The position numbers were made by a program, and so were the translations under genes. From assembly GCA_000934665.2 (NCBI GenBank), contig KZ538641.1, positions 1 through 57,533 of the forward strand: DNA of 57,533 nt. The letters are read 5' to 3'. Source of the DNA: Catajapyx aquilonaris. Taxonomy: Eukaryota. Below, piece by piece: positions 11,913 to 27,262 of the stretch; within the stretch, counting starts at the first letter, position 1, and each line of letters begins with the position of its first letter. The notes beneath the pieces were generated by a model. The model was not told where the DNA came from. It did not search any database and was given only the letters and a program-made list of their open reading frames with translations.

Positions 11913-14703
11913 AATATTATATTATAGACAAAATTATTGGCTTGATCTGATAATTCGACTTATTCCCGAACCTCACTTTACAGATTATGCTTTCGACGGT
12001 TGTTAATTTCCAGATACGATCGACATCATAATTACAAAATACACTGCACATATCATACATTCGTATATAGTAACGCCGCCGTAGACCTGTGTCAAAAAAT
12101 GCAAGCGGAATCGGCCTAAGCACAGCATATTAGAAATTTTAAAAATATTACCCGTCTCCGTCCGTTTAATCGGTCGCAATTAAACAGCACAATAATAATT
12201 TCACTCATTGTTGTACATTTGTCAGACTTGCTTAATGTTACATCAAATTATCTGCCAACATTCACCCACAATGACATTGTTATTGCGTATGTGCGAGTCG
12301 CACGGCATGAACAATGGTTGCATTACACGTTTTTAGAACACCGCGGCTTCATATAACAGGAGTCTTCTTTATTCCGGTAATAATTTTCATTACTGACTCG
12401 ATATACATTTACATTGAGTCAAATTAATGCGAAAGTTTACATTTTGTTTCCGTCACGGTGCCTGACGAGGGATTAATTCTTTTGTACTGATATAAGATCA
12501 GACAATCCGCAAATCTGCAACAAAAGAGACGCGCTTCAACATGATGATCCTTATTCGCTGCTCAGACGATCATTATGTTCATGTCAAACATGTTGATGTC
12601 TACTCTCAACTCATGTTCGGATGTCAGCAGCGCAACAATTCAATCATTGCATAGAGATGCAGGCCCCTCACTTTCGCATCAATAACGGAAAATTCGCAAC
12701 TATACAGGGTGAGTGATTCATTGAACTATTACAAATATATTTCCAACTGATACCAGTTTTGGCAAGAAGGAATCGGTACGACTTGCCGTGATATATTGAA
12801 TACTTATTGGTGACGTACAATGTGAATTACATCATATGCACACTCAGCAGTCTCAAATTAGATCATATCCTCTTGCTTTTAGATATCACCGTACATGCCG
12901 CAATCAAAAATGATGTAACAGTCAACTACATTTTGGTCTTGAGGCGGTAATTACTGACTATGTGATGAGCATACTCCGCTTGTAATATTCTCAAATTTGT
13001 AATTATGTTTTCACTGCACAGAAATTATATACTAAATCAATTATGGCAGCAGTAATTCGCCCCCAATTACTGACACTTGGACGTAAAATCGGACTAAAGA
13101 AAAGTCCGGCTAAAAGTTGTTTTCTTTTATAATAATTGTTTTAGTAATTTTAGTATATAACAATGTTATTAAGGTTACTAAGCCCGTGTTGGGCTAGAAT
13201 TTAATATTTTCCGAGTTGTTTCCGCATATTTATTTGCACATCGCCACTTCGACGCGGCACTTCAGATCCCTCGCTTCAAATTCCTCCATTTAGTTCGCAA
13301 AATCCGGAGTTTCTCCCCCCGATCGGTCTTGTATAATACATATTGCGGAATATAATTGTTGTAACTATTTTAAAATTATATCTCGGCGTGGTCCATAAAT
13401 TCACTTGAAAAGTTTGTCTGAAAAATGTGGCGGTTGCAACATAATAATATTAATTCATAGCGTACTGAAAGGCACAGGCTGATGTCCTTAATCTTGCAAC
13501 TTAACTAAACGCCTCGTTAACCTCAAGATCACAATCTAGACGCAACACTAACCTATCACTAACATATCACCTCCAATAGAAATTATCATAAGTCACGCTG
13601 CCGGAAGGTGTCCTTCCCTTTCAGATCCGGCCCAATTTTTTATTATTATTATCTTTGATTGGATGATTGATCTCCTACTTCCTCTTATACACAGTTACTT
13701 TCCACGCTATACGAGAGTGACCGGTTCACATGTTATTATCGTATTATTTAGTCACTTCAAGACACGAGGAAATCTTGCCCAATAGCCAAGTGTCACGTTT
13801 CAGAACATAAGAAGGCCGACTTGGCTTTTGCATCACCCGACACCTGACAGTTGGGGTAGTTCAATCAACCAGTTTTACGTTTGTTTAATTGATGTCACAA
13901 ATATTATTACAATGCACAGCAACCACCAATCCTGATGTTGAGTAGAAGGTAAACGACAGTTTGGGGACATTTGGAGAAAATGGCCGGACAACTACTATAT
14001 GACTTGCGATTGTTATATTTGTAGGGTATACTGTACACATTTTCAAGCAGGTCTGTGCATACATTATAACATACCATTTTTGAGAAGTTTTTGACATCGG
14101 GGGTCGTTTACGGTGGGTACGAGTAACATGGTCCCAGATTAGATCCGGTCCGCTATTTGCTTTGGGTGCAGTACAGGTATTTCCAACCCGGAGATCAAAT
14201 TGATCATCTTATTACGTGATAATTACTTAGCGGATATTTTTTGGTGGCGAATAAAATCATTGCAGTATCGCGAAGTCCGGGGATGAAAATGAGTTCGCTG
14301 TAAAACCAATGTATCTGCTACAATGTTACTGTGTACGACGTCAGTTATCATTGCAATTCACGTTCTGAGACATGTCCCTAATATAATGTATATTTGAGAC
14401 GAAATATTGTGACCATTTTTTAACCGTCTCGATCCTGACTATATACGTAGTTCAAACCGGAACATCGCATCGGCTTGGAGACGGGAATTTAGCATATCTC
14501 AGAATTTAAACTCGATCGTACAGTATGTATGATGCGATATGGAGTTTTATTTCAACCGAGTCATGAATAAGTCGATGATATGAATAATTATTGCGCAACA
14601 ATATTTGCATCATTGGAGCTGAGAAATTCTGCTGAATTTGTTGCTATACGTCTTCAATATTTTAAGCCTATCAAAAATATTAAAATAAATTTACCAATGA
14701 GTA

Positions 14704-14965
14704 TAGGTCATTATCAAAACCAAATTATCCTTGAAGATTGATAAATCGGTTCTGATGAGTAAATAATCTCATGTCGTCATAATTATAGTCGTCATAGTCT
14801 CATATCTGGTTACTCAATGCTAAATTCATATTTCCAATGTTTCACTTCATCAGTTCCACTTCCCATTGGGCAAGATCAACTGATTGGCCGTGAAAGAATT
14901 CACTAAATCTGAAATTCCTGTTTTTTAAAAGTGTTCAACCGGAAGCTGGTTTTGATAATGACCTA
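14704..14965. mobile_element. MITE with 19-bp TIRs
   Basis: taggtcattatcaaaacca (14704) and tggttttgataatgaccta (ending 14965) are exact inverted repeats around an AT-rich non-coding core. Confidence 0.6.
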
Positions 14966-17900
14966 CTTAATTATTCGTAACACAATAAACCCAGTGGACA
15001 ATAGTGGACCGGATCCAGACTTTTACTCAGAATCATCAATCTTCAAGGATAATTAGGTCCGTTTCTCCGGATACACGAACCCAAACTCACACTTCCGATT
15101 GGTACGACATCGTCACCTCAAAGTTTCCGAAACCCTCCCCCTGTTTTCCCCCACGGTCTCTCATTGACAAAGAAACAAACATCTCCTGGGAAAATGGGTG
15201 TCGTGTTCTGAGAGGAGGGGTGTCCGGGGGCACCAGCTAACTAACTAAAGGAGTCTTCGGCGTCAACAAGTCATTCCGTCAGGGGGTCTGGAAAGAAGGC
15301 GAAATAGAGATAGAAAGAAGGAGGGGAATGGAAATAAGAATGACCATCACTCTCTTCCTTTTCAAACCTTTTTTTTTCACCCTCCTTCTTTTGGGCCTTC
15401 GTTTTTCTCTGTTCCGTTCCTTCCTCCATGGGAGGGCACCCGGGCAGCAGGGGGTGCCATCCCTTCTCGCCAAACGGGATTTTACCAGAAAATTATCCGG
15501 AGGACCTCCGGGCACAGCCGCCCTTTTCTCCACGTGCGTTTTTCTGAGAAGGTGGCAGGCATGGGGATGACTTTACATGGGCGTGGATTGGTCTTTTCAC
15601 TTCTAGGATGATGGGTGGACAGGGTGTATGTACAAGATGGATGGGTGGTCACCTCAGAAATGGATTTCCAGGCTCATGGCGAACTGGTATAAACACGTCA
15701 GTTTGTTGTACCTCTGGCTTACCAAACATTGTGGGGTCTTCTGATATCCACACTGTGGGGAAGCAGAGACAAAAATCTGTCGCAGACCTTGCCAGAGTGC
15801 ATCAACAGCCCACAAATAGACTAATTGACACCGATCCTTTTGAGTCTAACGAGCCCCGCAATTTAGACTAATTGGCCTCCTGCGCACGAGTCCAATCCAT
15901 GTTGAAAGGCAGGCTCACCAACATATGTGTCCAATGTTTCTCCATTACAATAAAAAGCAAGGCCACTGCTTAGCTGAGCTGATATTAAAAGTTGTGGGCG
16001 TTTTGCTCAAATTAGGGCCGCGTGTGATTAGCATGTGTGTGTGTTGTATGTGACTCCTCTGTGTCATCCTCGTCCCAATGAGTCGCTTGGTGGTTCGTTT
16101 CTCAACCAGCACGCGCCCCATTCTTGATGACTCGCACGAGATTGCCACACTGATGAGGCCTGCTAATTCCCTGTCCAATGGTGGCCCTCTGTTGCCATCG
16201 TTTAATTGCTCGAATTGCACAATAAATGATGAACAGCAAAGGGGGGTGCCTCGGTGCAAACAACGTTTCATTGCTGCATGTTATGTATTAAATGCGGTGA
16301 TGCTGTACCAATAGACAGGGTCTCTCGTTATGCGTCATTTCTGTGTGAACAATATTGCTCACAAAGCATTGAAACGAATAATCATCTAATTTTTTGAGCG
16401 ATATGTACTGCACTATCTACAGAAAAAAAATGATTGTCGCAGACTACTAGGTCTGCGATAGTCTATCTCAGTGAAGATGACAGCCGGAAATAGTACATGA
16501 CGTAGAGATCCATTATTATAAATTATTTTTATTTAATTAACAGCACAATGAGCAAGTAGCCAGAAAAGAAAATATATTTTAGGCCCACTTGGAGCAATTT
16601 TTCAGGTTGAAATTATTGGTTAAATAAAATAAATTTGCACTCCCAATTTTTTAAAATCCCTATAATTGACGCCAGCACAAGAAGTGATAGTGAACATAAA
16701 TAATTTCCACTCATTTCATTCAAAAATAATAATTGTGCAATTCGTATTTACAAATTTTGCTCACACTTGGAGTTGAAATATTCGCTACTTTTTAAGCAAA
16801 GTGCTTCAGAATTTTCGAACCCTGATTAAAAAAATATTCTCTGCCATGTGTCAACTTTTTCATTTATTATTGGTTATCAAAAGTATTATCTAATGCATTT
16901 TTAAAGCCATGCAAAAAAAAATGGGCTGCTTTCTTCATAAATGGTCAGTCGTTCTAATGGCCGATTCTGCCTACTATGAGCAGCTAATACTTTTGATATT
17001 CTGCAAAAGTAACTGCTTAAAATAAGCAGCTTAGTGCCAAAATATTTGTATAACAAGCACCACCTGTATAATTATTTATATCTTGCGAGTTCACCGCACG
17101 CATCCGTTTCAAAAAAAAAAGTGTCTCCCTGGCCACAAACTCCATCCAAAGTCTTTCAACACCTCCTTATCCTCTGGGGCTCCCAGAAAATCCTCCACTT
17201 CCAATTGCCATGTGGTAATTGGGCCAATTTGGAAAAAAACAGAGGGATTTTGGGGAAAGGCAGGCAGGCAGGCCCGCAAGGCCTCAGCTTATACATCACT
17301 TGGCTATATACGAGGAGCCCTTCCCGAAAATCCTGAGGCTCATCCTTTCTTCAGGAGCAACAGTTGACCTCAAGCCTCTTTTTTCTTTTATATACACTCG
17401 GGCCTTCGAGGTCTCAATTAGGAATGGGACAACTCTTCGCTCAGTTTGCTGTTTTTCTAGACCCTATATATTATTTTTCTCTCCCTTCCGGACGTGCTTG
17501 TTTTCAGATGCATATTTCTGTTATTAAATCTCACCCCCGCACACTTTTGCAGGTTTTATACCCTCAAGGCCTGAAGGAGTTCTTATAAAAATGTGTGGAA
17601 ACCCGAGTTTTTGGTTGGGAAAGCTCTCAGATGGCTCGTTACTACTTATCTCCAGCTAACGATACCTTTTTAACTAATTGTGACGATGAAAATTCTCCTT
17701 CAATGATGCCTAACTCTACACTAATTTATCATAGATTAGAATCTATTCAATGCGGGTGGGCTGTTGCATTTATTACTATAAAAAGCCTTGTTATGTAGCC
17801 GGATTTAAAATTTTTTTTTTTGTTTCTAAATACCCAGAGGAATGTGTCGCCTGGTTGGTCTCTCGACATGTGTGTGATCGGATGCTTTGTGACATGGAAA

Positions 17901-18188
17901 CGAAGCCACTCACACCACCACCTCTTTTAGGTAGGAAAAAAACTTTTCCTCTCTCCATCCCCCCCCTTCCTTTCAGAAAACAGCAAAGAGATCTAAGCAC
18001 CATCTTGGTTCCCCACCCGCAGAGGAGAACCGCTCGGAAAATCCAGGCTGACAGCCTGACTCACCTCTCCCTTATTTCAATCCCCCGCCTTCAGGGAGGA
18101 AGTGGGCTGGGTTAACCACATATCCACATATATGCTATCCATATATGGGTCTACTTCAACTATTTGGGGGAGAAAAACAGGCTGTATG

Positions 18189-18279
18189 ATCACACAGAGA
18201 CACCAATTGTCGATATGCCCCAGCATCACACAGAGACACCAATATTGTCGATATGCAGCAGCATCACACAGAGACACCA
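18189..18279. repeat. Minisatellite, 36-38 bp unit, about 2.5 copies
   Basis: atcacacagagacacca occurs three times, separated by (at)attgtcgatatgc..cagc. Confidence 0.8.
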
Positions 18280-20204
18280 TGATGTTAATCCTCGTCAACA
18301 ACTGTTAATATGACGTCAGAATCACGTGATGGTAACCCTAGTTAACATTTTTCGCCACTTGTGGTCCCTGTTGAAAAATTGAAGTTAAAACGAGGCGGCA
18401 TGTAAATTTGTCCAAACTTCCCTTTCAAAGGTATGGCCCCCCCTGCCGATCCCCCCCTCTAGAAAATGAAAGAGGGAGGCCCACTCACTCTCTTTTGCCT
18501 GCAACTTCCGGCCCGGTATATATATTTTTTGGCGCCAACACGCGATCCGCCAATCAGCGCCTCTTTTGCCCACCCACTACACTTCTGACGCCCTGTTGCT
18601 TTTTTTTCCAGTCTTCAGACCGCGGCTTGTGTTAACGCCTGATCTCCGCTCGAGATAAGATTGCACCATGATAAGTCATACCTCAAAGGGGGGTACTGCT
18701 AATTTGAGTAATCGAGAGAGTTAAGCTAATTTGGATTTCCTTGGGTAATATTTGCCAAAATTGTTGAATCATAAGCTGACCACACACAAAATGCAAATGT
18801 TTGTTGGTTCGACTTGGGGGTTATTTTATGGTGGGGGTCATGATCTGGATGATTTGTAGGTGCAGGGCTTCCGGTCGGCTTCTGTGTGACGTCACGCATA
18901 AGCCCGCCCACTCTTTGTTCCCGCTTTTGATGTGGCCCAATATTTTGACCGGAAAGCGGATTTGCCATCGAAACACGCGAAGAAACAATTGCCTCCCCCT
19001 ACACACGAGACACCCCCAACTTTACACCTCGTGACAAACGTATATATGAGCCAGGTGTTACCGTCCGTTTAACGAACGATTAGTTGGTATAGGGATTGAT
19101 CAGTACGTTAGGCGACTTGCATGGCTGGATGTTCAGGTGGTTCCTCCTTGGCTGGTCCAGATAAGACCGTGAGGGCAAGATGGGACGCATCCGTCAGAAG
19201 AGAGAAGTGTCCCCGCTGCTGACAAGCGTGTGCGAAGAGCGGAAAAGCTCGGAGAGGCGACGGCTTATCAGGGCCGATGGAAAGTGCGCTGTTTCTTCCC
19301 TCATTAAAGTCGGGTTAGGCAACTGCAAGGGGGAAGTCAGCCAGTCAGGGGTCACGACAAGTGTCATGTCCTCTACACACACATGTTACCTCGCACCCCG
19401 CCCCTTTACCTTTTATTCAGGACATAAGGGTGCGGTTCTTACCCTTGATCGTGCTGTGATATATGTAAGCTGCTAATTGAAGTCAGTCGCTGCTACTGGT
19501 TGTTATTAGCGCAATATAACTGCTATTTTATCAGATCTTGCAACTGGAGACCCCCGTGAGCTTACGTGGTCCGCCGCTAGGATCGCCACACACTCGGCAA
19601 CTACACCAGCGCCGAAGCGGCAACCTCCTTCCCTATACGGGTGTGAGCAACTATCTACCAACCTTGCAGACTATTGCAGTTGCACACCCCCGCTCTATTT
19701 GCATGTATTTGAGCGCACCCCCACGCTATAGGTCAGAGGTGAGTCTTGGGTCAAAAAAATGCGGTAATCTCTTATGACGATGCACCCCAGCGTGTGTCGG
19801 GACCTAAATTGCATGGTTGGTACTAATGGAGGGGGGAGAATTGTGGGGTTTGGAAGTGTCCTAAATGCCACCTGCATTGACCATATGACCCCTGCCAAAA
19901 CGGGGCAGCTGTAAGGGCGTCCACACATGCTTTGATGGGCTTGATCTCATTAGGGCAGGTCACAGTCCCTGACCTCCCTCTGGGTAGAAGGGGGGTGGAG
20001 GGGGGCATCTAACCGCCTACCACACACACTCTTGCCATCATGGCCACTTATGTTACATTGTTCAAGGGTGGTATGACTGGCTGATGAAGGGATCAGGATG
20101 GGGGAAAATCACTGATAAAATGTGATCAAATCTACGTTTATGGTAGCAACGGTCTAGTCGCCTAGTGTAAACGGTCGCGGACAAAGTGTCTGGTCGTGCG
20201 ACCT

Positions 20205-20287
20205 GGTAGCAGACCTGAAGCTCAAATTAGCCTCCAAGAGAGGCGATAAGTCGTGAAGAGGCTAATCTGAGCTTCAGGTCTGCTACC
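20205..20287. mobile_element. Small hairpin MITE with about 30-bp TIRs
   Basis: ggtagcagacctgaagctcaaattagcctc / gaggctaatctgagcttcaggtctgctacc (1 mismatch). A degenerate relative lies at about 37441-37532. Confidence 0.65.
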
Positions 20288-21408
20288 TTACTCCTTACAG
20301 TGCAATAATGACTCGGTCGCTCTCTATTCACAGTGATGTCCTACCATGAAAAACTGGCTTTTAATACCTCCCCAAAGTTGAAAACCTGTGGAATCACCAC
20401 CTGAGCCCTCTTCCTCTAAATCTGTCCCATCCACCTTCCCAAAAACTGGCTCGACCACTCCTGATGGAGAACATAATACTTTGACCAACACTAATTCAAA
20501 GAAGCGGCATCCTCTTGATAGATATATACGATACCGTATATAATCAAACCCTGCTAAAAACGGCGCCATAAGTCCCCATCAAGAAGCCGCAACTTCACAC
20601 GTCACCAATTTAAGCAGTGCTCGAGTCAGGCGGCGCGACTTGTTTGTGAAAAGAAACCCTTGTTGGTGGCTTTGTTTGGTCGCGAGAAATTCCTTTCAAT
20701 TTAAAACCTTGCTTATATCGGGTCCTGTCAAGTGGAGGGGGTTCAATTGGCCCATCTGCTGGTCTCAAATTTTTGGGTATCTCGCACCCCCATCCTAATA
20801 TACTGGGTTGCCGCACACGCAAAGAGGGGGGGACAAAAGTGTCCGAATTAATTCCCACAATTAGGATAATTAGCGCACGGATGCCATATGGGGACAGCAG
20901 GTGACCGGAGTGTGACATGTCTGGACATACGTTGTTTTCTACATGTTTTTAGTGAAGTCAACGGGGTTAAGTTTCTTAAGTGGTGTTAAACTTCAACAAG
21001 CGGCATTTTAGCACGTGCAGAGGGCAGCAGGGGTCGGGTCGCAGCATAAATGGCCGCCTGGCGGGGAAATGCGAGCCGCCTCTTGTTAATCCCCCTTCAT
21101 TAATATTACTACAGTCTAATTAGAGTAGGGTTAGTCAAAAAGAGGGGGCGACGATGGGGCCCAAAACAGTGAGTAACAAAAACAGAAAACCACCACATAT
21201 GCAAGGGTGCCAATATGGGCGAGGAAAGGGTGGAAATAATTACAGGGTTGACGTGAAAATGTTGCCGCGGCTTCTCCCCCTACTTTTGTTTTTATTATAT
21301 CGTATTTTTATTGGCTAACCGATACCCATCGCATGACAACACGTCATAATTAGCACTTGACTGGACAGATGGTCTAATATTACACAACACACGGTACTGA
21401 GAAGGCTA

Positions 21409-21608
21409 AATGGAAGGTGTTATGCAATAATGAGTCAACCCACAAAAAGCGCAGGAACATACACCATTCATTCAATGTGGCGAAATCTGCATACTTCTGC
21501 CATAAATGACCGAAAAGACCACTGAATTAATTTCACAGGTATGATCTTCAAAGCCCTTTTCGTTCTCAAAACGTGGGTTGACTCATTATTGCATAACACC
21601 GTCCAAAT
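21409..21608. mobile_element. MITE, possibly Tc1/mariner-derived, with 28-bp perfect TIR core
   Basis: ggtgttatgcaataatgagtcaacccac (21416) and its reverse complement ending at 21600; TA dinucleotides near both ends. Confidence 0.7.
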
Positions 21609-21834
21609 ATCAGGACGTGCCTCGACTATTCAGGAATTAATCACTAAATGAGGCTCATAAGATACAGATAATTATATTCGGATAATAATACATTATGTTA
21701 CACATGAAGATCACAAGCTGAGAAGGGTGGTTCTCGCCACGCTTTTTGGAAGCGAGTCGCACCAGCTTGTAACGGGAGCCAAAAAGCGTGGCGATAAGTC
21801 GTTTCTCGCTAGCTCCTTCAGACATTGAATATTA

Positions 21835-22152
21835 TCTATATAAATAAAGCCGTTTGTGAGTCTGTCTGTCTGCCTCTCTGTCGGTCTGTCCGCCTGCCAA
21901 CCGTCATATGCCTGCCATCTGTGCTCCACCCCCAGGCCGGGAGAGGATGGAGGTGTTGGGGGTTGACTACAGATGGCAGGCAAATAACGGTTGCCGTTAT
22001 ACAGGCGGGAGAGGTTGAAGGTGTTGGAATAGCAGGACCACAGATGGCATTGGTGTCCGGACACACAGAAAGACAGACAGTTGACCGGGGTACTGGCAGG
22101 TGTTTTCCCCTTCATTCATTTCTTTCCGGGCAACGCCGGGTGCCGCAGCTAG
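21835..22152 (+). mobile_element. Non-autonomous Helitron
   Basis: 5' end A|TCTATATAAATAAA, a (GTCT)n microsatellite near the 5' end, subterminal hairpin ccgggcaacgccggg, 3' end CTAG|T, and no TSD. Confidence 0.8.
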
Positions 22153-24360
22153 TAGTTTATAAAACTATGTAAGTCTGCCATGCACACAATTTAACAACAT
22201 TTAATCCGATATTTTTCTTTTAATTTCAGCACCATCCAACCTCAATTGAATCTAACTCACATTTCAAAGGCCCGTAAATTACCAGCTTACGAAACACAAA
22301 TAAGGCCAAAAGCGTGAACAAACTCTCCAGAAGGTGCAAGTTGGGTGGGTTCAAAACCCCACCCCCCATCCAAACTGTCCCCCAAAATTATGATACGGAG
22401 TTATGGAATATCACTATATAACGCAAGCCGCGCCTGGTAATAATAAAGACAAGGATGGTAACGATTTATGAACTCGTGATATCAGAATCAGTCGCGGCCG
22501 TATGTTCCTAACCATGACATGTGCAACAAATGGGAGTGCAGCTTTCTCGCTCTGTTAGAAGAAGCCCACAAAAAAATAAAAGCGTGGAAAAAAAATAAGC
22601 GTGTGGACGGCTGCCATGGCAAGATAACATTTATTACAAGCGCTTTGGGTGAGAGGACCATGATTATTATTAGTAGACCTCATTTTGAAGCATATTTTTG
22701 CAATAATTTGCTTGACATGTATTGCTGAATAAATGTGGCAAACCTAACGTCTTCATTTGTCCCAATATGTCACACCCGGTACTTTCGACTTCTTCCGGGG
22801 GGTGTTCCTCACAAAGGACCGCCGCTTCTTTTGTGACCATAAACTGACCCATTGACGCCTTCCAGTCGTGCCGAAAAATTTTCGCAACAAATCCTTGGAT
22901 GTGACAGGATTAGTGACACAAACCCGAAAAGACTGACTACCTGAAACCGCTGATAAATGTTTGAGAGAACCTAAGGGGGACTTACCACCCCAACACCCCT
23001 CACTGTCTTTTGTGGGTCTCTGAAGCAGAAAAGAGGTTTTCCGAGGCGTAGAAAACACGATTGGAGCACATAAAAGCCAACTTTTTTTTTATATATATAA
23101 TACATTGTACTTGTATATATCTTTACCTTTTTTTTTTAAACAAATGGCAACCCTGTGGGAATCAAGTTGTTGTGCGCAGCGGCAAGCTTGTCACCGAGAC
23201 TTTTTGGATTTGGATAGGGGGGGGGGGGGCGATATAAGGATTCCCCCCCATGGGGAGGGATTCCTTTTTGGCCCCTCCCCTCAACTATATTCCTCAGCAA
23301 CCGGTCCTTCGGCTTCCTATATATTTTCTCCGAGAGCCTTGCATGAAGTCGTGTCACATTCCCTGATACGTTCTTCGCCTTATTTGCACCGAAGGGATGG
23401 GCACACAAAATGAAGTGCTGTATGTGGCAGATCAGTTAAAAAATCATACATTATAGATATTTAATTTTTTTTCTTCATTATATGGCTATTACCAGCTATC
23501 AGTGCTACCTGCGCGAACGGAGGGAAATTTTGGCCAAACTGAAACATGGACAAACAAACAGCCATGCGCACTGTGCTGATATGAAACGCCCGCACATAAG
23601 TGGTGGTCAAAAGTTAAAGAGGACTTAATAGAGTGTGTCACATGGGGGTCCTGAGGCCATATGAAGGAGGGGTCCAATTCTCTCCCTACTATATACCGAG
23701 AGGGGGGTGGAAGCGGGTCTGATCAAAACTCGTCGTATGTGTCGAGGAACCGGTTCTCACGCGACCTCCCAGAATGCATGTCTTTGGGACCTGGCTTTTT
23801 TCTCTCTCTCTCTCTCTCTCTCATCCATTTTTTTTTTTTTTCAAACTTCTTCTGTATCTAAAGATGGGCATGTTGGTTGTTGAATGGCAACGTCGGGTCC
23901 TTGTATCTTGGCCCAAAAGGAGGGGGGGGNGGGGGGGGAAGCGGGCGATCCATTAGCCTCGGAGCACATGCACCAAAGCTGCCGACTTCAGAGACCTCTG
24001 TCAAGCGCATTCCACCCGACTGTCAACTGTCAGCTCCAACCTGCACTGTTGTCACGTTACTTTCACGCAGCAGACGGAGGCCCACGGATTCCATTCCACC
24101 TTCAAGATACACATTTTTATCCCCTTGCCTTTATATTGTTGGGAGGGTCGGCATTTTATGTTGTTTTTTTGATGGGTGGGGAGGAGGACGGGGGTGATGG
24201 GAGGTGGGGGGTAATTTTTTAAAATTCTCAGTTGGACATCTTGCTCTACTCGAGATTCCTACAATCCACATATTTTTATAGCCTACTGATTTATTTATTT
24301 TCAGATTATTTTATATTACTTGTAATTTTATCTGATTTGTTATTGATTTTTATTTTAGTA

Positions 24361-24361
<1 letters not shown>

Positions 24362-24437
<76 letters not shown>

Positions 24438-24467
24438 TAACTTCTTATCATCATCATCATCATCATC
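24362..24467. repeat. (TTA)n microsatellite followed by (TCA)n, within an AT-rich low-complexity block (about 24270-24890)
   Basis: Read directly from the sequence. Confidence 0.95.
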
Positions 24468-26759
24468 TTGGGAATATGCCGTGAGTGTAATGAATGAATG
24501 AATGATTATTATTTTTATGACATATTTTACTTATATTACCGATTATTTTATTTATTGCATATTATTTTACTTATTACCTATTACTTTCTTTATTAGGCTA
24601 CATATTATTATATGGGTTATTTATTAATTATAATTATGTTGGTTATTTATTTTTATTTTATTTTATTTGTTACTTTATTTTTATGTTGCCGTATTTATTC
24701 TCATTTTAATTATTAATTCGTTAAATTACTTGCTCACTCCTTGGCTCCTCATTATTTATTTATGATTATTTACTCTTATCTTATTTGTTTATTATTTACT
24801 CTCTTATTTATTTATTTATATATACTCTCTTATTTGCCGTTTAGTACCGGTATATTAATTTAATCATCTACCTATCTATTTACTTAATTACTTGCAAGCC
24901 ACAGGGGATGATAATTGCTCCAAGTATTTACCTGGTCCAAAGAGTCATCGTGCATACAGCTTCCGGCATATGTCGCAACATACAGTTGGCCCTGATGCGT
25001 CATAGATTTCGGTAATGTCTGGAATTTGTAAAATTACATTGCGCAGTGCACGGAATGGAGAGCGTATAACCTACATGTGTGAATGAGAAGTTGGGCAAAT
25101 ATTCGCTCATATTGAACTGGTGGAGTTGCAAATTCTCGTGCTGGTGGAGGTGTCAAGTGCCATGACTCCCATGCAATTCCCTCATAAAACAATGTCAGTC
25201 TTAACCATTGCAATTGCGCACATTTAATAATCAATACTTTGCTGTTCAACGACAAAGTTTAAAAAAGAAAAACTGCGAGCACAACAGTCCACAGTCTAAA
25301 TAAAACGCACATCACAGAATTGGTACAGCCTGCCTGAAACAACGATGATGCCCATTGTCTCACCGCATTTTATCAAAAAAAAAAAAAAATCCCAAAGAAA
25401 TCCCTTGGCTTTGAAGAACTCTTTTTGTCACACCTTCCATTCAAAGTGTTTCAGGCTGAAGCTCTTTGTTTGCGCTATTTTTAGGGTGACAAGTCTGACA
25501 GCACGTCACTCGCACCTCAACAAGCCTGATTTTTCTAGTCTTTCCTCATAAACGTTGCCACATTTCTATATGACCCGCACCTTACTTTCTGATGATATCA
25601 TAGTAATTTCGACAAAAAAAATCAATGCCATTGTAGCTAAATTAGTAGCGAAATTTGGCAACCCACTTGGACGTAGTACGATATGCCACTACCAGTTGGC
25701 ATATAGTCTTCTCCGCACATTATATGATTGTATCATCTCGCAAAAAGAGCAGCCTCTATTCAAATGGTACCTCTTTCGCAATCAACAGCTACTCGGCCCC
25801 AGATGTCTCTCTCAACCTCCAGAGTCCACCTATGTCCCCCCCCCCCTTTTAAAAATGTATACAATGTATTATCCCCTGCATCCCTCATAATAGCTGGATG
25901 TGGCAGCACAAAGTCGCCGAATGAGTCTCTCGAGATCCGCCCAAGTATTGTTGGTGCGCCCGGGAGGTGCTCAGGTGCAGGACGCCCTGGGTGACAAGGG
26001 TGCCAGGCGCGGCGACTTTTTCCTTCTTTTGTTGGCCTGTGGGACCGGTGGTGAGGTGGGGGGGCTTGCTTGATGTCTACATCACAGAGTTGGAGCCGCC
26101 TGGGGACAATTTAACCCCCCCTCCATTACCTTTACCCCTACCCCTGCTGGTGGGAAACGGGTGAAACGGGTTGGCTGTTTGTTTGCCACTCGGAACCATG
26201 TTTGCAGCAAAGATGGCCGACAGTGACATGTGCACTCAAAAAAAAAAGAACTCAAAAAAAAGGCAGGCCACACCCCTTATACTACTCCCTTCGCCTGTCT
26301 ACACACATAACCCTCCGGAACTGACATACTGTCACTCGATTCATATGCATTATATTAGGAGCGAAGGCCACCTTACAACCATCGGATCCACTTGCGCGGA
26401 TTGCGCACCTCACACACTTTCACACACACAAAAAAAAGCAATTTCCTTAATTTACTGCCTCTTGCATGTCACTCGGGGCCAGCACAAACAAATTCATTGT
26501 CCACACGGGGGTTTGTACCCTTGAGCGACCGGTAATGAGAGGGTGGGACATACGATTTTCGCTAGGTGGTATTACCAGGTTCTAGTACTTGTAGGCGGGG
26601 TAACATTGGAGGTGTCATAACAAGTTAAGATGCAGATCTATTGATCCGGCGTGAAATGCCATCGAAAGCACAGGTGGGATGTGATGTCTTATCTGCGGAT
26701 GTACTAGGTGTAACTGAACTTGAAATATCGTGTAAATCAGACGATCTGTGTTTACGTCC

Positions 26760-26849
26760 CCACGATTTGAGCCTCGGTCGCACGACTGACCGAAATTTTT
26801 TGTCGGTCGCAAAGCGACTGGTCGTACGACCGACACTTAAATCAGGGCG
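26760..26849. repeat. Short imperfect palindrome, probably a MITE relic
   Basis: gatttgagcctcggtcgcacgac ... gtcgtacgaccgacacttaaatc are imperfect inverted repeats. Confidence 0.5.
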
Positions 26850-26877
26850 CATATACTATATAAACATACGATTCGCA

Positions 26878-27262
26878 CGTCTCTCTGTTTGGGGCGTTGC
26901 CAAGGCTGGCGGCCATTTTGAAACGGGGCAACGTCAACGAGGTATAAATAGGGTACGGGCAGTCCGTAAAGGCCCACCATCTTTGATGGTTTAGGCGGCC
27001 ATGGCACTTCACGGCAAGAACACGAGCGAATTTGAATATTTTTGCCCGTACGTACGAAATTAATACGTAGAAATGTGCAAGGAGCTCATATGGCAGAAAT
27101 ATTCAAATTCGCGCGTGTTCTTTCCGTGAAGTGCCATGGCCGCCAAAACCATCAAAGATGGCGGACCTTTACGGCCTGCCTGTACCATATTTATACCTCG
27201 TTGGCGTTGCCCCCGTTTCAAAATGGCCCCCAGCCTTGGTAACGGTCCAAAACAGAGAGACG
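26878..27262. mobile_element. Foldback-type MITE with about 170-bp inverted arms and a 45-bp spacer
   Basis: Arm 26878-27046 (cgtctctctgttt...ggccattttgaaacgggg...gcgaatttgaatatttttgcc) is the diverged reverse complement of 27092-27262. Confidence 0.85.

Noticed and set aside
24232..24501. ORF with poly-Leu resembling a membrane protein
   Set aside because: It is the translation of the (TTA)n microsatellite.
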